Below, one piece after another: positions 12,501 through 26,200 of a DNA stretch of 64,000 nucleotides. Source of the stretch: Eledone cirrhosa. Its lineage: Eukaryota. The position numbers and the translations under genes were made by a program. Where the stretch lies: the NCBI GenBank assembly GCA_964016885.1, contig OZ024741.1, positions 248,992,001-249,056,000 of the forward strand, written 5' to 3'. The notes under the pieces are model-generated. The model was not told the origin of the DNA. It searched no databases and saw only the letters and a program-made list of their open reading frames with translations. The stretch's first letter is position 1. Each line of letters starts with the position of its first letter.

Positions 12501-15160
12501 CCGTCCAAGGGGAGGTAATATCTAGCCATCCAAGGGGAGATAATTTCCAGCCGTCCAAGGGGAGATAATTTCCAGCCGTCCAAGGGGAGATAATATCCAG
12601 CCGTCCAAGGAGACATATTTTCCAGCCGTCCAAGGAGAGGTAATTTCTAGCCGTCCAAGGGGAGATAAGTTCCAGCCTCCAAGGGGAGATAATTTCCAGC
12701 CAGCCAAGGGGAGATAATTTGTAAAAAAATCAGGGGGGAGATAATTTGTAAAAAAAATCAGGGGGAGATAATTTGAAAAAAAAATCAGGGGGAGATAATT
12801 TGTAAAAAATATCAAGGGGAGATAATTTCCAGCCCTCCAAGGGGCTATAATTTCCAGCCGTGCAAGGGGAGATAATTTCCAGCCGTCCAAGGGGAGATAA
12901 TTTCCATCCTTCCAAGGGGAGATAATTTCCAGCCGTCCAAGGGGAGATAATTTCCCGCCAGCCAAGGGAAGATAATTTTTTAAAAAATCAGGCGGAGATT
13001 GTAAAAAAAATCAGGGGGAGATAATTTGTAAAAAAATCAGGGGGAGATAATTTGTAAAAAAAAAATCAGGGGGAGATAATTTGTAAAAAAAAATCAGGGG
13101 GAGATAATTTGTAAAAAAAATCAGGGGTGATAATTTGTAAAAAAATCAGGGGTAGATAATTTGTAAAAAAAATCAGGGGGAGATAATTTGTAAAAAAAAT
13201 CAGGGGGAGATAATTTGTAAAAAAAATCAGGGGTAGATAATTTTCAGCCGTCCAAGGGGAGATAATTTCCATCCTTCCAAGGGGAGATAATTTCCAGCCG
13301 TCCAAGGGGAGATAATTTCCCGCCAGCCAAGGAGAGATAACATTTAAAAAAATCAGGCGGAGATAATTTGTAAAAAAATCAGGGGGAGATAATTTGTAAA
13401 AAAAATCAGGGGTAGATAATTTTCAGCCGTCCAAGGGGAGATAATTTCCATCCTTCCAAGGGGAGATAATTTCCAGCCGTCCAAGGGGAGATAATTTCCC
13501 GCCAGCCAAGGAGAGATAACATTTAAAAAAATCAGGGGGAGATAATTTGTAAAAAAAATCAGGGGGAGATAATTCGTAAAAAAAAATCAGGGGGAGATAA
13601 TTTGTAAAAAAAAATCAGGGGTAGATAATTTGTAAAAAAAAATCAGGGGGAGATAATTTGTAAAAAAAAAATCAGGGGGAGATAATTTGTAAAAAAATCA
13701 AGGGGAGATAATTTCCAGCCGTCCAAGGGGAGATAATTTTCAGCCGTCCAAGGAGAGGTAATTTCTAGCCGTCCAAGGGGAGATAATTTCCAGCCGTCCA
13801 AGGGGAGATAATTTTTTTTTTAAAATCAGGCGGAGATAATTTGTAAACAAAAATCAGGGGGAGATAATTTGTAAAAAAAAATCAGGGGGAGATAATTTGT
13901 AAAAAAAAATCAGGGGGAGATAATTTGTAAAAAAAATCAAGGGGAGATAATTTGTAAAAAAAAATCAGGGGTAGATAATTTGTAAAAAAAAATCAGGGGG
14001 AGATAATTTGTAAAAAAAAAATCAGGGGGAGATAATTTGTAAAAAAATCAAGGGGAGATAATTTCCAGCCGTCCAAGGGGAGATAATTTTCAGCCGTCCA
14101 AGGAGAGGTAATTTCTAGCCGTCCAAGGGGAGATAATTTCCAGCCAGCCAAGGGGAGATAATTTGTAAAAAAATCAGGAGTAGATAATTTGTAAAAAAAA
14201 ATCAGGGGGAGATAATTTGTAAAAAAAATCAGGGGGAGATAATTTGTAAAAAAAATCAGGGGTAGATAATTTCCAGCCGTCCAAGGGGAGATAATTTCCA
14301 TCCTTCCAAGGGGAGATAATTTCCAGCCGTCCAAGGGGAGATAATTTCCCGCCAGCCAAGGAGAGATAACATTTAAAAAAATCAGGCGGAGATAATTTGT
14401 AAAAAAAATCAGGGGGAGATAATTTGTAAAAAAATCAGGGGGAGATAATTTGTAAAAAAAATCAGGGGTAGATAATTTCCAGCCGTCCAAGGGGAGATAA
14501 TTTCCATCCTTCCAAGGGGAGATAATTTCCAGCCGTCCAAGGGGAGATAATTTCCCGCCAGCCAAGGAGAGATAATATTTAAAAAAATCAGTCGGAGATA
14601 ATTTGTAAAAAAAATCAGGGGGAGATAATTTGTAAAAAAATCAGGGGGAGATAATTTGTAAAAAAAAATCAGGGGAGATAATTTGTAAAAAAAATCAGGG
14701 GGAGATAATTTGTAAAAAAATATCAGGGGTAGATAATTTGTAAAAAAAAATCAGGGGGAGATAATTTGTAAAAAAAAAATCAGGGGGAGATAATTTGTAA
14801 AAAAATCAAGGGGAGATAATTTCCAGCCGTCCAAGGGGAGATAATTTTCAGCCGTCCAAGGAGGTAATTTCTAGCCGTCCAAGGGGAGATAATTTCCAGC
14901 CGTCCAAGGGGAGATAATATCCAGCCATCCAAGGGGAGATAATATCCAGCCGTCCAAGGAGACATATTTTCCAGCCGTCCAAGGAGAGGTAATTTCTAGC
15001 CGTCCAAGGGGAGATAAGTTCCAGCCTCCAAGGGGAGAAAATTTCCAGCCAGCCAAGGGGAGATAATTTGTAAAAAAATCAGGGGGAGATAATTTGTAAA
15101 AAAAATCAAGGGGAGATAATTTCCAGCCGTCCAAGGGGAGGTAATATCTAGCCATCCAAG
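6520..15160 (+). repeat. Tandem duplication of a ~4.4 kb higher-order unit (about 6520-10960 and 10960-15160); second copy is about 240 bp shorter
   Basis: ORF offsets are 4438 (6739/11177, 7002/11440), then 4198 (8324/12522, 9795/13993, 10582/14780). Private markers: TTACAAAA (7351/11789), GGGCAGAT (8231/12430), CAGTCGG (10391/14589). Confidence 0.9.
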
Positions 15161-16199
15161 GGGAGATAATTTCCAGCCGTCCAAGGGGAGATAATTTCCA
15201 GCCGTCCAAGGGGAGATAATATCCAGCCGTCCAAGGAGACATATTTTCCAGCCGTCCAAGGAGAGGTAATTTCTAGCCGTCCAAGGGGAGATAAGTTCCA
15301 GCCTCCAAGGGTAGAAAATTTCCAGCCAGCCAAGGGGAGATAATTTGTAAAAAAATCAGGGGGAGATAATTTGTAAAAAAAAAATCAGGGGGAGATAATT
15401 TGTAAAAAAATCAGGGGGAGATAATTTGTAAAAAAAAAATTAGGGGGAGATAATTTGTAAAAAAAATCAGGGGGAGATAATTTGTAGAAAAAGCAGGGGT
15501 AGATAATTTGTAAAAAAAATCAGGGGGAGATAATTTGTAAAAAAAATCAGGGGGAGATAATTTGTAAAAAAAATCAGGGGTAGATAATTTTCAGCCGTCC
15601 AAGGGGAGATAATTTCCATCCTTCCAAGGGGAGATAATTTCCAGCCGTCCAAGGGGAGATAATTTCCCGCCAGCCAAGGAGAGATAACATTTAAAAAAAT
15701 CAGGCGGAGATAATTTGTAAAAAAAATCAGGGGGAGATAATTTGTAAAAAAATCAGGGGGAGATAATTTGTAAAAAAAATCAGGGGTAGATAATTTCCAG
15801 CCGTCCAAGGGGAGATAATTTCCATCCTTCCAAGGGGAGATAATTTCCAGCCGTCCAAGGGGAGATAATTTCCCGCCAGCCAAGGAGAGATAATATTTAA
15901 AAAAATCAGGCGGAGATAATTTGTAAAAAAAATCAGGGGGAGATAATTTGTAAAAAAATCAGGGGGAGATAATTTGTAAAAAAAAAATCAGGGGGAGATA
16001 ATTTGTAAAAAAAATCAGGGGTAGATAATTTGTAAAAAAAAATCAGGGGGAGATAATTTGTAAAAAAAATCAGGGGGAGATAATTTGTAAAAAAAATCAG
16101 GGGTAGATAATTTCCAGCCGTCCAAGGGGAGATAATTTCCATCCTTCCAAGGGGAGATAATTTCCAGCCGTCCAAGGGGAGATAATTTCCCGCCAGCCA

Positions 16200-18200
16200 A
16201 GTAGAGATAATATTTAAAAAAATCAGGCGGAGATAATTTGTAAAAAAAATCAGGGGGAGATAATTTGTAAAAAAAAAATCAGGGCGAGATAATTTGTAAA
16301 AAAAAATCAGGGGGAGATAATTTGTAAAAAAAAATCAGGGGGAGATAATTTGTAAAAAAAATCAGGGGTAGATAATTTGTAAAAAAAATCAGGGGGAGAT
16401 AATTTGTAAAAAAAATCAGGGGGAGATAATTTGTAAAAAAAATCAAGGGGAGATAATTTGCAGCCGTCCAAGGGGAGATAATTTTCAGCCGTCCAAGGGG
16501 AGATAATTTTTAAAGAAAAATCAGACGGAGATAATTTGTAAAAAAAAAATCAGGGGGAGATAATTTGTAAAAAAAAATCAGGGGGAGATAATTTGTAAAA
16601 AAAGATCAGGGGTAGATAATTTGTAAAAAAAATCAAGGGGAGATAATTTCCAGCCGTCCAAGGGAAGATAATTTCCAGCCCTCCAAGGGGCTATAATTTC
16701 CAGCGTCCAACGGGAGATAATTTCCAGCCAGCGAAGAGGAGATAATTTTTTTTTAAAAATCATTGGGAGATTTGTAAAAAAAATCAGGGGGAGATAATTT
16801 GTAAAAAAAATCAGGGGTAGATAATTTGTAAAAAAAAATCAGGGGGAGATAATTTGTAAAAAAAAAATCAGGGGGAGATAATTTGTAAAAAATTCAAGGG
16901 GAGATAATTTCCAGCCGTCCAAGGGGAGATAATTTAAAAAAAAAAATCAGGCGGAGATAATTTGTAAACAAAAATCAGGGGGAGATAATTTGTAAAAAAA
17001 AATCAGGGGGAGATAATTTGTAAAAAAAAATCAGGGGGATATAATTTGTAAAAAAAATCAAGGGGAGATAATTTCCAGCCGTCCAAGGGGAGGTAATATC
17101 TAGCCATCCAAGGGGAGATAATTTCCAGCCGTCCAAGGGGAGATAATTTCCAGCCGTCCAAGGGGAGATAATATCCAGCCGTCCAAGGAGACATATTTTC
17201 CAGCCGTCCAATGAGAGGTAATTTCTAGCCGTCCAAGGGGAGATAAGTTCCAGCCTCCAAGGGGAGATAATTTCCAGCCAGCCAAGGGGAGATAATTTGT
17301 AAAAAAATCAGGGGGAGATAATTTGTAAAAAAAATCAGGGGGAGATAATTTGTAAAAAAAAATCAGGGGAGATAATTTGTAAAAAAAAATCAGGGGGAGA
17401 TAATTTGTAAAAAAAAATCAGGGGGAGATAATTTGTAAAAAAAATCAAGGGGAGATAATTTCCAGCCGTCCAAGGGGAGATAATTTTCAGCCGTCCAAGG
17501 AGAGGTAAATTCTAGCCGTCCAAGGAGAGATAATTTCCAGCCGTCCAAGGTGAGATCATTTCCAGCCGTCCAAGGGGAGATAATTTTTTAAAAAAAATCA
17601 GGCGCAGATAAGTTGTAATTAAAAATCACTGGGAGATTTGTAAAAAAAATCAGGGGGAGATAATTTGTAAAAAACTCAAGGGGTGATAATTTCCAGCCGT
17701 CCAAAGAGAGATAATTTCTAGCCGTCCAAGGGGAGATAATTTCCAGCCAAGGGGAGATAATTTCCAGCCTTCCAAGGGGAGATAATTTTTAAAAAAATCA
17801 GGTGGAGATAATTTGTAAAAAAAATCAGTGGAAGATAATTTGTAAAAAGAAAATCAAGGGCAGATAATTTCCAGCCGTCCAAGGGGAGATAATTTCCCGC
17901 CAGCCAAGGGAAGATAATATTTAAAAAAATCAGGCGGAGATAATTTGTAAAAAAAATCAGGGGGAGATAATTTGTAAAAAAATCAGGGGGAGATAATTTG
18001 TAAAAAAAATTCAGGGGGAAATAATTTGTAAAAAAAATCAGGGGGAGATAATTTGTAAAAAAAAATCAGGGGGAGATAATTTGTAAAAAAAATCAAGGGG
18101 AGATAATTTCCAGCCGTCCAAGGGGAGGTAATTTTCAACCGTCGAAGGGGAGATAATTTCCCGCCAGCCAAGGGAAGATAATATTTAAAAAAATCAGGCG
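16200..18200 (+). repeat. Variant-dense ~2 kb landmark block, copy 1
   Basis: Cluster of otherwise rare variants: CAGGGCGAG, TTTGCAGCC, AAAGAAAAATCAGACGG, CAGCGAAGAGG, CATTGGGAGATTT, GGCGCAGATAAGTTG, CAGTGGAAG, AAGGGCAG. Confidence 0.9.
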
Positions 18201-21149
18201 GAGATAATTTGTAAAAAAAATCAGGGGGAGATAATTTGTAAAAAAATCAGGGGGAGATAATTTGTAAAAAAAAAATCAGGGGGAGATAATTTGTAAAAAA
18301 AATCAGGGGGAGATAATTTGTAAAAAAAATCAGGGGTAGATAATTTGTAAAAAAAAATCAGGGGGAGATAATTTGTAAAAAAAATCAGGGGGAGATAATT
18401 TGTAAAAAAAATCAGGGGTAGATAATTTCCAGCCGTCCAAGGGGAGATAATTTCCATCCTTCCAAGGGGAGATAATTTCCAGCCGTCCAAGGGGAGATAA
18501 TTTCCCGCCAGCCAAGGAGAGATAATATTTAAAAAAATCAGGCGGAGATAAATTGTAAAAAAAATCAGGGGTAGATAATTTGTAAAAAAATCAGGGGGAG
18601 ATAATTTGTAAAAAAAAAATCAGGGGGAGATAATTTGTAAAAAAAATCAGGGGGAGATAATTTGTAAAAAAAAATCAGGGGTAGATAATTTGTAAAAAAA
18701 ATTCAGGGGGAGATAATTTGTAAAAAAAAAATCAGGGGGAGATAATTTGTAAAAAAATCAAGGGGAGATAATTTCCAGCCGTCCAAGGGGAGATAATTTT
18801 CAGCCGTCCAAGGAGAGGTAATTTCTAGCCGTCCAAGGGGAGATAATTTCCAGCCGTCCAAGGGGAGATAATTTTTTAAAAAAAATAGGCGGAGATAATT
18901 TGTAAACAAAAATCAGGGGGAGATAATTTGTAAAAAAAAATCAGGGGGAGATAATTTGTAAAAAAAAATCAGGGAGATAATTTGTAAAAAAAATCAAGGG
19001 GAGATAATTTCCAGCCGTCCAAGGGGAGGTAATATCTAGCCATCCAAGGGGAGATAATTTCCAGCCGTCCAAGGGGAGATAATTTCCAGCCGTCCAAGGG
19101 GAGATAATATCCAGCCGTCCAAGGAGACATATTTTCCAGCCGTCCAAGGAGAGGTAATTTCTAGCCGTCCAAGGGGAGATAAGTTCCAGCCTCCAAGGGG
19201 AGATAATTTCCAGCCAGCCAAGGGGAGATAATTTGTAAAAAAATCAGGGGGAGATAATTTGTAAAAAAAAATCAGGGGGAGATAATTTGTAAAAAAAAAT
19301 CAGGGGGAGATAATTTGTAAAAAAAATCAAGGGGAGATAATTTCCAGCCGTCCAAGGGGAGATAATTTTCAGCCGTCCAAGGAGAGGTAAATTCTAGCCG
19401 TCCAAGGAGAGATAATTTCCAGGCGTCCAAGGGGAGATAATTTCCAGCCAGCCAAGGGGAGATAATTTGTAAAAAAATCAGGGGTAGATAATTTGTAAAA
19501 AAAAATCAGGGGGAGATAATTTGTAAAAAAAAATCAGGGGGAGATAATTTGTAAAAAAAATCAAGGGGAGATAATTTCCAGCCGTCCAAGGGGAGATAAT
19601 TTTCAGCCGTCCAAGGAGAGGTAATTTCTAGCCGTCCAAGGGGAGATAAGTTCCAGCCTCCAAGGGGAGATAATTTTCAGCCGTCCAAGGAGAGGTAATT
19701 TCTAGCCGTCCAAGGGGAGATAAGTTCCAGCCTCCAAGGGGAGATAATTTCCAGCCAGCCAAGGGGAGATAATTTGTAAAAAAATCAGGGGTAGATAATT
19801 TGTAAAAAAAAATCAGGGGGAGATAATTTGTAAAAAAAATCAGGGGGAGATAATTTGTAAAAAAAATCAGGGGTAGATAATTTCCAGCCGTCCAAGGGGA
19901 GATAATTTCCATCCTTCCAAGGGGAGATAATTTCCAGCCGTCCAAGGGGAGATAATTTCCCGTCAGCCAAGGAGAGATAACATTTAAAAAAATCAGGCGG
20001 AGATAATTTGTAAAAAAAATCAGGGGGAGATAATTTGTAAAAAAATCAGGGGGAGATAATTTGTAAAAAAAATCAGGGGTAGATAATTTCCAGCCGTCCA
20101 AGGGGAGATAATTTCCATCCTTCCAAGGGGAGATAATTTCCAGCCGTCCAAGGGGAGATAATTTCCCGCCAGCCAAGGAGAGATAATATTTAAAAAAATC
20201 AGGCGGAGATAATTTGTAAAAAAAATCAGGGGGAGATAATTTGTAAAAAAATCAGGGGGAGATAATTTGTAAAAAAAAATCAGGGGGAGATAATTTGTAA
20301 AAAAAATCAGGGGGAGATAATTTGTAAAAAAAAATCAGGGGTAGATAATTTGTAAAAAAAAATCAGGGGGAGATAATTTGTAAAAAAAAAATCAGGGGGA
20401 GATAATTTGTAAAAAAATCAAGGGGAGATAATTTCCAGCGGTCCAAGGGGAGATAATTTTCAGCCGTCCAAGGAGAGGTAATTTCTAGCCGTCCAAGGGG
20501 AGATAATTTCCAGCCGTCCAAGGGGAGATAATTTTTTTAAAAAAATCAGGCGGAGATAATTTGTAAACAAAAATCAGGGGGAGATAATTTGTAAAAAAAA
20601 ATCAGGGGGAGATAATTTGTAAAAAAAAATCAGGGGGAGATAATTTGTAAAAAAAATCAAGGGGAGATAATTTCCAGCCGTCCAAGGGGAGGTAATATCT
20701 AGCCATCCAAGGGGAGATAATTTCCAGCCGTCCAAGGGGAGATAATTTCCAGCCGTCCAAGGGGAGATAATATCCAGCCGTCCAAGGAGACATATTTTCC
20801 AGCCGTCCAAGGAGAGGTAATTTCTAGCCGTCCAAGGGGAGATAAGTTCCAGCCTCCAAGGGGAGATAATTTCCAGCCAGCCAAGGGGAGATAATTTGTA
20901 AAAAAATCAGGGGGAGATAATTTGTAAAAAAAAAATCAGGGGGAGATAATTTGTAAAAAAAATCAGGGGTAGATAATTTGTAAAAAAAAATCAGGGGGAG
21001 ATAATTTGTAAAAAAAATCAGGGGGAGATAATTTGTAAAAAAAATCAGGGGTAGATAATTTCCAGCCGTCCAAGGGGAGATAATTTCCATCCTCCCAAGG
21101 GGAGATAATTTCCAGCCGTCCAAGGGGAGATAATTTCCCGCCAGCCAAG

Positions 21150-23220
21150 GAGAGATAATATTTAAAAAAATCAGGCGGAGATAATTTGTAAAAAAAATCA
21201 GGGGGAGATAATTTGTAAAAAAAAAATCAGGGCGAGATAATTTGTAAAAAAAAATCAGGGGGAGATAATTTGTAAAAAAAAATCAGGGGGAGATAATTTG
21301 TAAAAAAAATCAGGGGTAGATAATTTGTAAAAAAAATCAGGGGGAGATAATTTGTAAAAAAAATCAGGGGGAGATAATTTGTAAAAAAAATCAAGGGGAG
21401 ATAATTTGCAGCCGTCCAAGGGGAGATAATTTTCAGCCGTCCAAGGAGAGATAATTTCTAGCCGTTCAAGGGGAGATAATTTCCAGCCGTCCAAGGGGAG
21501 ATAATTTCCAGCCGTCCAAGGGGAGATAATTTTTAAAGAAAAATCAGACGGAGATAATTTGTAAACAAAAAATCAGGGGGAGATAATTTGTAAAAAAAAA
21601 TCAGGGGGAGATAATTTGTAAAAAAAGATCAGGGGTAGATAATTTGTAAAAAAAATCAAGGGGAGATAATTTCCAGCCGTCCAAGGGAAGATAATTTCCA
21701 GCCCTCCAAGGGGCTATAATTTCCAGCGTCCAAGGGGAGATAATTTCCAGCCAGCGAAGAGGAGATAATTTTTTTTTAAAAATCATTGGGAGATTTGTAA
21801 AAAAAATCAGGGGGAGATAATTTGTAAAAAAAATCAGGGGTAGATAATTTGTAAAAAAAAATCAGGGGGAGATAATTTGTAAAAAAAAAATCAGGGGGAG
21901 ATAATTTGTAAAAAATTCAAGGGGAGATAATTTCCAGCCGTCCAAGGGGAGATAATTTAAAAAAAAAATCAGGCGGAGATAATTTGTAAACAAAAATCAG
22001 GGGGAGATAATTTGTAAAAAAAAATCAGGGGGAGATAATTTGTAAAAAAAAATCAGGGGGATATAATTTGTAAAAAAAATCAAGGGGAGATAATTTCCAG
22101 CCGTCCAAGGGGAGGTAATATCTAGCCATCCAAGGGGAGATAATTTCCAGCCGTCCAAGGGGAGATAATTTCCAGCCGTCCAAGGGGAGATAATATCCAG
22201 CCGTCCAAGGAGACATATTTTCCAGCCGTCCAATGAGAGGTAATTTCTAGCCGTCCAAGGGGAGATAAGTTCCAGCCTCCAAGGGGAGATAATTTCCAGC
22301 CAGCCAAGGGGAGATAATTTGTAAAAAAATCAGGGGGAGATAATTTGTAAAAAAAATCAGGGGGAGATAATTTGTAAAAAAAAATCAGGGGAGATAATTT
22401 GTAAAAAAAAATCAGGGGGAGATAATTTGTAAAAAAAAATCAGGGGGAGATAATTTGTAAAAAAAATCAAGGGGAGATAATTTCCAGCCGTCCAAGGGGA
22501 GATAATTTTCAGCCGTCCAAGGAGAGGTAAATTCTAGCCGTCCAAGGAGAGATAATTTCCAGCCGTCCAAGGTGAGATAATTTCCAGCCGTCCAAGGGGA
22601 GATAATTTTTTAAAAAAAATCAGGCGCAGATAAGTTGTAATTAAAAATCACTGGGAGATTTGTAAAAAAAATCAGGGGGAGATAATTTGTAAAAAACTCA
22701 AGGGGTGATAATTTCCAGCCGTCCAAAGAGAGATAATTTCTAGCCGTCCAAGGGGAGATAATTTCCAGCCAAGGGGAGATAATTTCCAGCCTTCCAAGGG
22801 GAGATAATTTTTAAAAAAATCAGGTGGAGATAATTTGTAAAAAAAATCAGTGGAAGATAATTTGTAAAAAGAAAATCAAGGGCAGATAATTTCCAGCCGT
22901 CCAAGGGGAGATAATTTCCCGCCAGCCAAGGGAAGATAATATTTAAAAAAATCAGGCGGAGATAATTTGTAAAAAAAATCAGGGGGAGATAATTTGTAAA
23001 AAAATCAGGGGGAGATAATTTGTAAAAAAAAATCAGGGGGAAATAATTTGTAAAAAAAATCAGGGGGAGATAATTTGTAAAAAAAAATCAGGGGGAGATA
23101 ATTTGTAAAAAAAATCAAGGGGAGATAATTTCCAGCTGTCCAAGGGGAGGTAATTTTCAACCGTCCAAGGGGAGATAATTTCCCGCCAGCCAAGGGAAGA
23201 TAATATTTAAAAAAATCAGG
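21150..23220 (+). repeat. Variant-dense landmark block, copy 2
   Basis: Same markers in the same order as 16200-18200. Confidence 0.9.
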
Positions 23221-26200
23221 CGGAGATAATTTGTAAAAAAATCAGGGGGAGATAATTTGTAAAAAAAATCAGGGGTAGATAATTTGTAAAAAAAAATCAG
23301 GGGGAGATAATTTGTAAAAAAAATCAGGGGGAGATAATTTGTAAAAAAAATCAGGGGTAGATAATTTCCAGCCGTCCAAGGGGAGATAATTTCCATCCTT
23401 CCAAGGGGAGATAATTTCCAGCCGTCCAAGGGGAGATAATTTCCCGCCAGCCAAGGAGAGATAATATTTAAAAAAATCAGGCGGAGATAATTTGTAAAAA
23501 AAATCAGGGGTAGATAATTTGTAAAAAAATCAGGGGGAGATAATTTGTAAAAAAAAATCAGGGGGAGATAATTTGTAAAAAAAATCAGGGGGAGATAATT
23601 TGTAAAAAAAAATCAGGGGTAGATAATTTGTAAAAAAAATTCAGGGGGAGATAATTTGTAAAAAAAAAATCAGGGGGAGATAATTTGTAAAAAAATCAAG
23701 GGGAGATAATTTCCAGCCGTCCAAGGGGAGATAATTTTCAGCCGTCCAAGGAGAGGTAATTTCTAGCCGTCCAAGGGGAGATAATTTCCAGCCGTCCAAG
23801 GGGAGATAATTTTTTAAAAAAAATAGGCGGAGATAATTTGTAAACAAAAATCAGGGGGAGATAATTTGTAAAAAAAAATCAGGGGGAGATAATTTGTAAA
23901 AAAAAATCAGGGAGATAATTTGTAAAAAAAATCAAGGGGAGATAATTTCCAGCCGTCCAAGGGGAGGTAATATCTAGCCATCCAAGGGGAGATAATTTCC
24001 AGCCGTCCAAGGGGAGATAATTTCCAGCCGTCCAAGGGGAGATAATATCCAGCCGTCCAAGGAGACATATTTTCCAGCCGTCCAAGGAGAGGTAATTTCT
24101 AGCCGTCCAAGGGGAGATAAGTTCCAGCCTCCAAGGGGAGATAATTTCCAGCCAGCCAAGGGGAGATAATTTGTAAAAAAATCAGGGGGAGATAATTTGT
24201 AAAAAAAAATCAGGGGGAGATAATTTGTAAAAAAAAATCAGGGGGAGATAATTTGTAAAAAAAATCAAGGGGAGATAATTTCCAGCCGTCCAAGGGGAGA
24301 TAATTTTCAGCCGTCCAAGGAGAGGTAAATTCTAGCCGTCCAAGGAGAGATAATTTCCAGGCGTCCAAGGGGAGATAATTTCCAGCCAGCCAAGGGGAGA
24401 TAATTTGTAAAAAAATCAGGGGTAGATAATTTGTAAAAAAAAATCAGGGGGAGATAATTTGTAAAAAAAAATCAGGGGGAGATAATTTGTAAAAAAAATC
24501 AAGGGGAGATAATTTCCAGCCGTCCAAGGGGAGATAATTTTCAGCCGTCCAAGGAGAGGTAATTTCTAGCCGTCCAAGGGGAGATAAGTTCCAGCCTCCA
24601 AGGGGAGATAATTTTCAGCCGTCCAAGGAGAGGTAATTTCTAGCCGTCCAAGGGGAGATAAGTTCCAGCCTCCAAGGGGAGATAATTTCCAGCCAGCCAA
24701 GGGGAGATAATTTGTAAAAAAATCAGGGGTAGATAATTTGTAAAAAAAAATCAGGGGGAGATAATTTGTAAAAAAAATCAGGGGGAGATAATTTGTAAAA
24801 AAAATCAGGGGTAGATAATTTCCAGCCGTCCAAGGGGAGATAATTTCCATCCTTCCAAGGGGAGATAATTTCCAGCCGTCCAAGGGGAGATAATTTCCCG
24901 TCAGCCAAGGAGAGATAACATTTAAAAAAATCAGGCGGAGATAATTTGTAAAAAAAATCAGGGGGAGATAATTTGTAAAAAAATCAGGGGGAGATAATTT
25001 GTAAAAAAAATCAGGGGTAGATAATTTCCAGCCGTCCAAGGGGAGATAATTTCCATCCTTCCAAGGGGAGATAATTTCCAGCCGTCCAAGGGGAGATAAT
25101 TTCCCGCCAGCCAAGGAGAGATAATATTTAAAAAAATCAGGCGGAGATAATTTGTAAAAAAAATCAGGGGGAGATAATTTGTAAAAAAATCAGGGGGAGA
25201 TAATTTGTAAAAAAAAATCAGGGGGAGATAATTTGTAAAAAAAATCAGGGGGAGATAATTTGTAAAAAAAAATCAGGGGTAGATAATTTGTAAAAAAAAA
25301 TCAGGGGGAGATAATTTGTAAAAAAAAAATCAGGGGGAGATAATTTGTAAAAAAATCAAGGGGAGATAATTTCCAGCGGTCCAAGGGGAGATAATTTTCA
25401 GCCGTCCAAGGAGAGGTAATTTCTAGCCGTCCAAGGGGAGATAATTTCCAGCCGTCCAAGGGGAGATAATTTTTTAAAAAAAATCAGGCGGAGATAATTT
25501 GTAAACAAAAATCAGGGGGAGATAATTTGTAAAAAAAAATCAGGGGGAGATAATTTGTAAAAAAAAATCAGGGGGAGATAATTTGTAAAAAAAATCAAGG
25601 GGAGATAATTTCCAGCCGTCCAAGGGGAGGTAATATCTAGCCATCCAAGGGGAGATAATTTCCAGCCGTCCAAGGGGAGATAATTTCCAGCCGTCCAAGG
25701 GGAGATAATATCCAGCCGTCCAAGGAGACATATTTTCCAGCCGTCCAAGGAGAGGTAATTTCTAGCCGTCCAAGGGGAGATAAGTTCCAGCCTCCAAGGG
25801 GAGATAATTTCCAGCCAGCCAAGGGGAGATAATTTGTAAAAAAATCAGGGGGAGATAATTTGTAAAAAAAAATCAGGGGGAGATAATTTGTAAAAAAATC
25901 AGGGGGAGATAATTTGTAAAAAAAATCAGGGGGAGATAATTTGTAAAAAAAATCAGGGGGAGATAATTTGTAAAAAAAATCAGGGGTAGATAATTTGTAA
26001 AAAAAATCAGGGGGAGATAATTTGTAAAAAAAATCAGGGGGAGATAATTTGTAAAAAAATCAGGGGTAGATAATTTTCAGCCGTCCAAGGGGAGATAATT
26101 TCCATCCTTCCAAGGGGAGATAATTTCCAGCCGTCCAAGGGGAGATAATTTCCCGCCAGCCAAGGAGAGATAACATTTAAAAAAATCAGGCGGAGATAAT

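Larger units (their letters stand above)
15950..25850 (+). repeat. Tandem duplication of a ~4.95-5.0 kb higher-order unit (about 15950-20900 and 20900-25850)
   Basis: ORF offsets are 4948, 5023, 5022 and 4938 (16015/20963, 16578/21601, 17983/23005, 19628/24566, 20699/25637). Markers: CCCGTCAGCC (19959/24897), CAGCGGTCC (~20435/25374). Confidence 0.9.
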
